The notes under the pieces are model-generated. The model saw nothing but the letters and a program-made list of their open reading frames with translations. It ran no database searches and was not told where the DNA came from. The translations under genes and the position numbers were made by a program. DNA of 62,221 bases, counting the filler, from Choristocarpus tenellus KU-1152 (lineage: Eukaryota; Protista; Phaeophyceae), in the NCBI GenBank assembly GCA_964200185.2. It is 8 parts of 8 records of this genome, joined end to end, with 100 filler letters (N's around TTAATTAATTAA, not from the genome) between each part and the next. Parts side by side here need not be neighbours in the genome. Positions count along the whole stretch, not along the records: positions 46,492 to 53,925 come from CAXNAD020006171.1; positions 54,026 to 58,920 come from CAXNAD020012629.1; positions 59,021 to 62,221 come from CAXNAD020021583.1; 5 more parts are not named here. The stretch is one strand, 5' to 3'. Within the stretch, counting starts at the first letter, position 1. Every line of letters begins with the position of its first letter. Shown piece by piece: positions 49,401 to 59,158 of this stretch.

Positions 49401-50691
49401 AAATCATTGATACACTTGAGACGTGAGACAGGACAGTGTGAACAAATTTCGAGCAGGATAATGTACTCAGATAAAGTCGCGTCCATCCAATCTACTACTG
49501 AAGCGACTTTGCGGGTGGAATTTTGTATTAGGAAGATCGTGTACCGGGAAAAGGAATATGTACTACAGAATGTCTTCTTTAGGAGTTGACGCGTACTCTT
49601 ACAACCGAAATATGCATTAAACTTTCTTGTTCCAAAAGCAAGGATGCTCAAAATGCACTGCTTTTGTGAATTTCGTTTGGTTACTTTTGGGAAAATTCGA
49701 CAATACACACCCAGTGCGTACTTTAGAGCTTAAGATTCCGAGGATCTGAATGCACGCTTCCATCCCCCATCTACCAGGAACATAGGAGAGCGTACTACGA
49801 AGGTGAATGGGTTGGGGGTCTACCTGACGGTGAAGGCTGTTTGGTGAGCAAAATATATATGACATTTGCATGTTTTTGCTTGCATTCCACGGCAGTTGTA
49901 TCTCAGGATATTCCCCCACGAGTTGATGGATCATTAATCATCATCAGTTGATCTAATTTGATAAGAAATTGACATCATGTACATCACGTCAATCGATGCA
50001 AGTCAGCAGTCTAGAAATAGTGGAGATTGGAATATTTTTCCTTAAGAAGGTGAATGAAGCACGGTGAATAATGTAAAAGGACGGACGAGTTAAGTACAGG
50101 TCATTGCATACTGGAGTGCACAGAGGAACCCTCGTCTCAGGGAAACACCATGGTCATACCTTTTTCACGTCTCCCAACAGAAGGTTAGGGTTATTTTTCA
50201 CACACAGGTTAGGGTTAGGGTTAGGGTTAGGGTTAGGGTTGAGAGAAGGTTATCAAAAATGTATCTGAAAAGGTGAAAAAGATACTAAAGTGGTGGATCC
50301 TTGAGAGGGGGGTGGTTCCCCAGTGCACACTGTACTGCTTCACCAAACCGTGAAACTTCTTCTATATAATAAAATTATCCGGTGGTAGTTCCCGAAGAAG
50401 GGGGGGTTCCCCTGGGCACTGCACAGGATCACTCAGCTTTCCTTACACTTGATAAATGGTAAGATTAATAATTCGAAATATTACATTTGTGCGTAGAATA
50501 TAACTGACAAACAAGAAATGTGTGGGTGCAGCAAGTAATATGATGCCCTTGTTCCATCCAATCCTCAGTTCAAGTACAATGCAGAAGATGCCGACCTTAT
50601 CAAAGAGGAGGATTCCAATATCCCCAAACCTGGACAGATATTCGAGGTTCCTGGACCATGGAAACAGGGCAACCCAGTGAAACCAACTTGA
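46492..50691 (+). CDS. MORN-repeat protein, 3' five exons (mostly absent from the ORF track)
   Basis: Exons 46492-46560, 47341-47388, 48286-48411, 49067-49129, 50569-50691 give GLFKNGLFIEGTVVYENGDVYNG|DFKDGKAEGKGKLTLQ|ITPDE...EGAFTNGVFIEGTVIFVNGDDYAG|DFDGVTRRPEGIGIMNYAYTT|FKYN...GPWKQGNPVKPT*. Fits YxGxFxxGxxxGxG; all GT-AG, phase 0. Confidence 0.85.
50106..50425. mobile_element. Fold-back non-autonomous element with a central (TTAGGG)n tract
   Basis: 50106-50168 is an imperfect inverted repeat of 50273-50338; (GGTTAG)5+ at 50207-50240; a third partial arm at ~50381-50425. Confidence 0.6.
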
Positions 50692-52611
50692 AAAGTCTGT
50701 AAGTAGTTTGTGAGAATATGCAACTCTGTAAGAATATGATGCATGAATTTTCACAAATTTGTACTGTATCATGTTGTTATTTGTTGCAGTTCTTTCCCCT
50801 ACAAAAATCATTGAGAGGAGAAAAAGTGTAAGCTACGCCTTGTTGCATTAACGTATAAATGAGGGATGCTGTTTACCAGTACAGATGACATTTTACTTAC
50901 GTATGTGTGGTGAAAACGTTTGTTTGGGTCTCTGTGGCAGTCACTTGTTCGACTAAAGTACTGTGTATGTGGTGGGGAAATTCTTGGCATACACTTTGGA
51001 TTACCCTCAATAGCTCAATAAAGCTGGACAACAAATTCATGTGAAGGAGTTGCAGCTATTTTGTTTGGACTTACAACTCCAACTTGCAACAATCACCTAA
51101 TCAACATCCTTGTGAAATAGTCCACAACAGTCGTTTCAGCACCCATCTTAACATTCCACAAATGTCTACCCCTGCCTACCAGAGAACAATGCTGGTTGAT
51201 AAACTGGGACTCAGCACTTTTTGGGCGGAGATGGATTCGAGGAATACAAATGGTAGAGATACACCTTACAACACTTGAGCAGGGAGAGGTTGACTTGGAT
51301 GTGTGGAATGCCACTGCGTATTGTGTGTAGAGAGCATTCCAATAGAGGTTTTCTAGTGTTGGCCTGAAATGATCGTTGCCATTTGGTACCATTGATATAA
51401 TACCCCTCGTGTGACAGATTACATATTATTGTCAAACATGGTTATAACATAGCACAAAGTGCTGTTAACCGCTGAGGGGGGTTTAGAGATATTTTTATGG
51501 GAGTGAGTAGACACGAGGGTTAGGATAAAATTGTCTGCATATATTGACATGGTGCACAAAACATATTTCTTTGCAGGGAGTTGAAATAGGGAGATAATCT
51601 GGTCAGGTCAAGTGCCGTTTGGCAAATAGCGTTACAAGTAGCATACTTGAAGAGTATTTCTGAGGTTTGTGGTTTTGGTTTAGTTGTTGAAGTGGTGATC
51701 AAACTACTGGATAGGTGTAAGATTAACGATCGATACATCGGGGATGTGCAGTCTGATCGTTTGTGGGATGAGGGAAGAAGTAAGACGAATGGAAAGCTTA
51801 CGGTCACAGAATTAAATAATAATGTGTATGAAATCATTGCTATAGTTCATTATTGTTATCGTTCCTATTTTTTATGACGTTCTTTGTTGACCATTGAGGG
51901 GAAAAGATGACAACATTAATAAATTCAATCTTGTTACGAAACATCTGCTGAGACCCTGGGTTGATATAGCAAGGAAAACGTGGATGACAGCATTGATGGG
52001 AGGGAGCTTTATATTTTTAGGCATACACGTTGGATTAGCTTTTCAAAGTGGGCAATGCTTCCATCCTGGGTTCTACATGTTGACGGACTCTTGGATGGGA
52101 GGCAAAGGAGAAAGAGTCTTCCTTACCATGAGAGCAGACCTCTTTCTTCCAAATTTTCTTCGCAGCACGTAGGTTACTACTATTAACCTTCACAACAACA
52201 AGCTTGAAGCATCTCCACTATTACAAATCATCTCCAATAAGTAGAAGTGACAATTCATGTCATCCAGTCTGGCATGTTTACTGCTCCACATATTAAGAAA
52301 TCATACCTAAGGACCTCCAAGAATACCCCAATAATGGTGTTATACTACGTGAGTACTTAATTCTAGTTCTTCTCTGTAACAAAGACAAATCAAGCAAAAA
52401 GGTCTGACCGTTGTGGAAGTAACACTCCTCAGATCCTAATCATGTCGTTGTTATACAAATAGCTTATTCTTCTCTCTTCTTTTGTACCTTCCACAGGCGC
52501 TCTTTGTTGGCATGTGAGCTCCAGCTTCCAAAGAGTCTAGCTAGGGTTAGGCAGCTTTCTGTGTCTGGTAGTTCGTTTTTTCTCCTCACCTTCTTTTCCT
52601 GTCTTTATGAT

Positions 52612-52868
52612 GAGTCGAAGTATCTTAGAGGGTAGAGCCGTGTCCATTTGTTGGTCAAATCCAATGCTGCGATATTGATGAGATTTTGGCTATGGTATTT
52701 GATAGGAAGTGTCAATATCCTTGTTCCAGACACAAGTTTTTATAACGTACACATTTTACCCCCTCTGAACCATTTTGGGGTAGGAAAATGTAAGAAAAAT
52801 CCCGTGCAAACCCAAGCCCCAAACGGACAAACAGGGCAAAACTCGTACCCTCTAAGATACTTTCACTC
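52612..52868. mobile_element. MITE-B full-length copy
   Basis: TIR GAGTCGAAGTATCTTAGAGGGTA / TACCCTCTAAGATACTTTCACTC; flanks GAT vs AGC do not match. Confidence 0.92.
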
Positions 52869-53925
52869 AGCTGATACACTCACAGCATGGGCGGGAGTGA
52901 ATGCAGTGATCAAGGCTTTCTGGACATCATCCCACGTTTTTTGGAGTATAATGGGGACTGGAGTGTCAAGAGACGATTGCAAACGAGCCAGATCACTGGT
53001 TGAACGCCACTCTACTGTGCCTGCCAACGCCTGAAAGTAAAAAGTTTCAGCTGGACCTTGAAGAATTTTCGGTAAAAATTCTACACATAGAGCGTTGATT
53101 GTCTAAGGGGATGCGGAACCATATTTTTCTTCTCCCGAACCTGTAATGACAAGACCAGATGGAATTTCTGAAGTGGAAAACCTGAAACGACTCGCTTCTG
53201 ACATTGATGGCGGACGTGCGACGTTGCTACTCTGTTCAACAGATCTTAATTGATCGGCATCCATTCCATGAGTTTGTAGCTTCATCAAGTCCTGAAGCCA
53301 TCCGGGAGGCACCGTGTTTGTCCTGGCACACTCGTTAACGTGGTGCGCGATGTACGATGGCACAGCATCCCCGAACTGTGCCTGTGACATGGCCACCTCA
53401 CAAGTAGTTGAACTTGGGGGTGGAACTGTCTCTCCCTGCAATAGGACCCGACGAGTGTCACGGTCGCCTGAGCTAACATGATGCTCTAGGGTCGACGACA
53501 CGGGTCTGCTATTCGCCTGCCGATCTGCAAGGGGGGAAGGGGGGGATCCATGGCGCCGTTCACCAAGTGTGGAGGAGCTGGATGACATGGAGTCAATACT
53601 CGACGCGTCAGAGTTGAGGTGGGTGGAAGACTCCATGTCTTCCATTGATTCGTGATCTTGGCCCTCTTCTGGTGCTCTTGATGGCGCCAGGTCTGGGGTT
53701 CTCTGCTCTTGGGCCCTCCGTCTTTGTCTCAATCTAGAGTTCGGCATATTTCCTCCGCGGTCAAACAGAAATGCCCCGTAACCCTATTTCTGAGGACACC
53801 GGTGTCGCCAGTGTGAATCGTGTGATTCTGTGGCGGCATGGTTCACTCAGGCAAGGGTGGTGAAGAGAATCACCGGGCAAGACGGACCATAAAACTAGGA
53901 CGAACCGAGAACCGAGGGGACAACG
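52869..53925 (-). mobile_element. 5' fragment of a Ty3/Gypsy-like LTR retrotransposon (LTR end, PBS, gag)
   Basis: Minus strand ...TTCACA-C-TGGCGACACCGG (PBS at 53810-53799, complementary to a tRNA-Ser-like 3' end). ORF 53747-53103 continues past one stop to LQGPAETFY...TWDDVQKALITAFTP (retrotransposon gag W...L...F.P). Confidence 0.75.
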
Positions 53926-54419
53926 NNNNNNNNNNNNNNNNNNNNNNNNNNNNNNNNNNNNNNNNNNNNTTAATTAATTAANNNNNNNNNNNNNNNNNNN
54001 NNNNNNNNNNNNNNNNNNNNNNNNNGTACCACGGTATAACGGTATATGGCATACGAGCAATACGGTATAATAACAGACAAACATGCTTTCGACAGCACAA
54101 ACGAAAACTATCGGATCCACCGAGTTGTATACTTACTATTGTTACTTGATTATAATCAAATCAGACGAATTGTATGACGTCAAGCGACAACCCTTTCCCT
54201 GCTCTTTTCCCCCACTCCTACACACACTTTTTATGTAATATCTGAGGTACTTTTTTTAGATGTGTTAGGTGTGTATTTTGTAGAAGATGGAACTGAAGAG
54301 TTTAAGGACATCACAAAGTGAGGTTTTATATTCAGGATATATTGCATCTTTTAACTGCTTGTGTTGGTATGTGTTGTGGTGAACACATTGTTACTGATAC
54401 AGTCGTCGGGTGGTATCCT

Positions 54420-55430
54420 TTCTGTTGCCTTTCTTGACAAACTCCCATGTATCCACCTTCATCCAGTGTTGCAAAGGAAAACATAGACCTACATATAACC
54501 TGGGTCCAGCGTGCTCGTTACCAGGACGCAATATTCCGAGCTGTTGTTGATAACATGCACTCGGCGTGTGGTTGAGTAGCGGCAAATAATGCGGCGGACA
54601 AGTTTGGCGAGCCACCGAAATTGATCGAGTCAAATCAACTTAGAGGTAGGTAGGGTCGCATTTTAAGGATCCTGAGAAAGGGCGAAAAATATGTAATTTT
54701 GTATAACACCAGAAAGAGTCTTTGCTGGATTGTGGTGTTATTTTGCGTGTGGAAAGGGGAAACATCAATTTTGTGTGCACTGTTGTGTACATAAAGCAAT
54801 GGAATAGGTTGCATTGCAGAGGGCAATAAAAATGGCTTAGAATGCAAAGGGATCTAAACCTGCACACCTTTCAATTGATTGGCTCATTGATGTCAACATA
54901 TATCACGAAAGGCACTGTATGTCCTATTTGTCGACAGGTTTGCTAATGAGATGTAAATTTACACTTTATTCCTCTTTAAGCCCTTCCAATTTCTGTTTTA
55001 CATTCCTATTTAACTGGTTGCTTCCCACTCAAATGTCAACATATGTAGTGGGTGACCATCAACGTTCTCTTGAAGAATGATGACATATTTGAGGACAGAA
55101 AGCAGTCCACCATGGAAAGCAGTCCATCGTGGAATAAGAGGATCACCAACGAGTCAGTATACATCCTGCATCGCTTTCTTCTGCTCAATCCTCGACATCC
55201 TGCCCATCTCCTGAAAGCGCTCCTTGCACAGGGTGGATTTTGAATAGACACCAACAAATGCCTGAGCTGATTTCATTGCATCTTTTTCACCTTCCCCGTC
55301 GAACAGTATACAAGCCACACACTCCAAGCATATATCTATGGATTGGTGGGTCGTGATACGGTAGTCTTCCTCCAGCAAGCGACTCAGTTTAACCGTTGAT
55401 GACTCACTGCCTTCCTTCAAGGCAGATTCT
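54420..55430 (-). pseudogene. Decayed hAT transposase
   Basis: CLECVACIL...AFVGVYSKSTLCKERFQE...LVGDPLIPRWTAF (cf. DVxTRWxS), GLDP, and a C-terminal dimerisation-like segment WLAKLVRRII/ATQPHAECMLST...RAR; many stops and frameshifts. Confidence 0.7.
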
Positions 55431-56502
55431 GCGTTTTAATTTGACTATTCACCTTCCTTGCCATCATCCTTAACACATGGAAGGACATATCCGGCAAAAA
55501 AAGGTTACGCCAGTTTTTGTGTAGGTACCCACCCTCACCGTCTTCAGAGTACCTGGGCACACCATGGCTTATTTTGCACTCCTAGGTATGTTTATGGTGC
55601 TTGTGTGTTTGTGGCTGTGTTTGTGGCTGTGTTTGTCCTTCTCTCCTCCAAATATTCCCAATAATTAACCAAAAAATCGGTCCCAATATTTTTGGTTTGG
55701 ATTAACCTGCGATTTCAGAAACAAACCATCTCAATCACTCCGATTCACAGCAAGAAAATCAATGGGACATCAAAAATAAGAATGTAACATTCCAAAACAG
55801 GACTCTATCAACGTGGGTGACAATCGAGGGAAGAATCTCATGAGTTTGTCAATCCTCTTCTTATCCATTAACCTGGAGACTATGGTTTAAACCGTGAAAC
55901 TATTTGGGATATGGCTATTTGAGCAGTGACTGAAATACTCTGTCTCAACCGAGATTTTATTACTCTCTTTCAGCAGAAACCCTCTGCCCCCCTACTTCTT
56001 CCGATGTATGTCCCTACCTCGTCTAGATATGGCTCTACCTGTGTACCAAAGATACCTGAAGCTTTCCACTGCGAAGTTGTTGAGGTTGAAACTACAGGGT
56101 AGTCTCTTAACTACAAATACGTACGTACATATTATTTTGTTCACGAATTCTGGATCAATTAAATATCCACTTTAATCTCGTATCCACTCCCCACTCCTTA
56201 TCAACTGACGTAACACCACTCACTCCATACAACAACAATGTCCGCCGTAACCTTGTTACCGCACCAATTTCACACCATCAACTCGTTGCCACCCTACCTC
56301 CACACCACCACATTGTTGCCACCCCAACAATGAGCCCAATCCACACATCGACTCTCCAAACCACTTCTTCGCATCCACTCACACACCAATGCGGCCAATT
56401 CCGGCGTATGGTATCCGTTACCAAAATTTTCACATTTATGTTCGTCATGATTGACATTGTCCGCAATCTGTCTCGCAAAACCACTAACGCTCACCAATAA
56501 GC

Positions 56503-56674
56503 GACTCAAAGTATCTGGGGGTGCTGTCCATCTGGAGTCAATTTTTTCATGTCGCGATTTTTGGCTGATTTGGTTGCATACGTCGGATGGATGATGTAAA
56601 TGCACTTTTCCTGATCTTGGTCCAAACGGATACCCTGGTGTAGACCCCCCTCCCCCCCCAAGACACTTTTTGCC
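56503..56674. mobile_element. MITE-A complete copy (reverse orientation), 3-bp TSD AGC
   Basis: GACTCAAAGTATCTGGGG ... CCCCAAGACACTTTTTGCC; AGC on both sides. Confidence 0.9.
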
Positions 56675-58652
56675 AGCCTGCCATCGCCATGGTTACCTCT
56701 TGGACTTCACTTCCCATCAATCCCACCGCATCGAATCTTGCCCACCTTGATGTGATCTTGTGAGAGAAGAGTGTCATTCCACAAACCAATAGATGCACAC
56801 GTGAGAAAACTTATCTCTAAAGTGGAGAATTCTTCCCCCTCTTTACCACTATTGTACACCTGAAACTCTGCAGGAGGAAGTAGGATGAGTCGCTGTAGAC
56901 CCTCTCCTGCAGCCTTAGTTTGGTTTGTGTCCTTTCAACCGTTTCCTCTTCATCATCATGAAGCCTACCTTGACTTCTTCATCATCCTCTTTAACTGGTG
57001 TAGCTTCTAGTGGGTTGCCACTCTCTGGTGTGTAACTCGCTGCACCAAATACGACGTTGCCGATGGCGACCTCCAACCGGAATTATCTTCCAATCAACTC
57101 GAGCTGGGCCATGAAAACTTAACCACATTTCAACGAGAGTGCTAGGTAGCACGTCAAAGAAGCTGTTGTTTCCCAAGACTTGTGTGTATATATGTATTGA
57201 ATATTTTGTTGTTGGTTTGTATAGTAGAGGAGGATGTAGATGAAGTAAGGAGAAAGGAATGAGCTTCAACCACAGAATGGGGGAACTCCTTTGTCAGCAA
57301 CCACTCATTCCGTTGATCACTGATCACCAATTACTTTCTTACAATGTTACCTATTATCCCTGAAATCTTCCGGCTCATTAACCCATACTTACATCCTATC
57401 CTTCAGAACACAATTTTGTTCTCTTCCATCAAGTTCTTATTTCTCAAATAATCCCTTACACAAACTTTGAAGTCGTAATATTGACATCTTACTTCTAAAA
57501 TTCGCGAGGTCACCCTTAAGATTATACGTGGCATAGGATTTTCGGCCTTCTACCCCTTACATATGTCCAGACGTGTGAACAGCTGGCTTCTCCGTGCGCA
57601 ACTTATATACGCACGCACTTTGCATTGATACACCAAAAAGGAATCAACAACAAAAGAACAAAAAACAGACGTTTCCACATTTTCCAAGGCATTTAAAAGT
57701 ATCATATATGTAGGGATTTCTCCATACCTTCCAGGAACTTTCTCGCGTCATACCTGCTTCTACGTATTTAGAGTTTTTAAGAGAAGACTTGGTTTTAGAT
57801 TGAACGTACGTGAGAGAGCTGGTACCACTAATGGACAGACAGATGGAGGAACAGGAAATAATTGATTTTACACGGTACGTACGTGAGAGGGACCCGAAAG
57901 ATGGTAAGGTTCTCCATAAGGGAACAAAAATAAGGCTGGCTATCTGGGAGGGGCTGGACCCCTCAGAGGTTACGTATCAGAGAAGAAGGAGAGGAGGGAG
58001 CATGGTACAATCCCTTGTATCTTTACGTGCAAGGTAGATGTTGCCTGAAGTGAAGATGTTGCCTGTCGAAGTCTGACCTACATGCGAACTATGCTATGCA
58101 TACCTGATACGAGTTAATATATCCTACCAACAATTTATAGTAGTATACCCTACCTCATCCCCTCACTCTATACACCTTGCTTCAATGGTAAGGGAGGGCG
58201 GCCACGCCACCTATGTCTGACTATGGTATATTTTTTAATAGGACCAAAGCGACGTCTTGGAGGTCGAGGTGTTTTTGTTTGTTGTGTTCGTTTCCTTTCT
58301 GTACCTAATAAGAAGAAACACAACAATAATCACCTCCATTTTTGACCCCTCCTTTTGTATTTTGATTTTTCAGAACTTATTAGAGGTATAGTGTAATAGG
58401 ACTTCAACCTCAAACAACTGGCAAAGAGAAAAAAAAAAGTCTTCTTAGATATGGTACACTTGCACGTACAGACAGACAGACAGATGCACGCACAAGAATT
58501 ACTTGGTTTTACGCAGTACGTCCATATGATCAAATGCAACTATATAGAGCCGGCGATGGTAAGGTTTATAATTTTTTATAATTTTTTTCTTCTAAGTTTG
58601 TGAGAACTTGTTGGTAAGCCTAAACACGAGGATGCAACCCTATACTGACAAG

Positions 58653-58844
58653 GAGACGAAATAGCATGGCGAGGTGGTGTAGGATATTGAGATAAATAAT
58701 TTCCCGAAAGGAACCTTTACAATCTTTTGGACCCCGTCTCATGTACAAATCGTGTAAGACCAAGAAATTCCTGTCTGTCCATCCATCGGTCTGTCTATCT
58801 GTGCGTCTCTATATCCTACACCACTCACCATGCTACTTCGCCTC
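58653..58844. mobile_element. Small TIR element (~34-bp TIRs)
   Basis: GAGACGAAATAGCATGGCGAGGTGGTGTAGGATAT / ATATCCTACACCACTCACCATGCTACTTCGCCTC. Interior resembles the reverse complement of ~57830-57912 and ~58465-58566. Confidence 0.7.
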
Positions 58845-59020
58845 ATTACCATTACCGCCTTTCATCCTTGTACGTAGGCTAGTCCTCCTGCGCACTCACA
58901 CATATGTTACAGGCGAATAGNNNNNNNNNNNNNNNNNNNNNNNNNNNNNNNNNNNNNNNNNNNNTTAATTAATTAANNNNNNNNNNNNNNNNNNNNNNNN
59001 NNNNNNNNNNNNNNNNNNNN

Positions 59021-59158
59021 GGGTCAATTTTTTCATGTCGCGATTTTTGCGTCATTTGGTTGCATACGTTGGATGGATAATGTAAATGCGCTTTTCCTGG
59101 TTATGTCCCGAATGGACACCCTGGTGTAGACCCCCCTCCCCCCCAGATACTTTGGGTC
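59021..59158. mobile_element. MITE-A copy truncated at gap
   Basis: Colinear with 56536-56674, ending CCCCAGATACTTTGGGTC. Confidence 0.88.
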
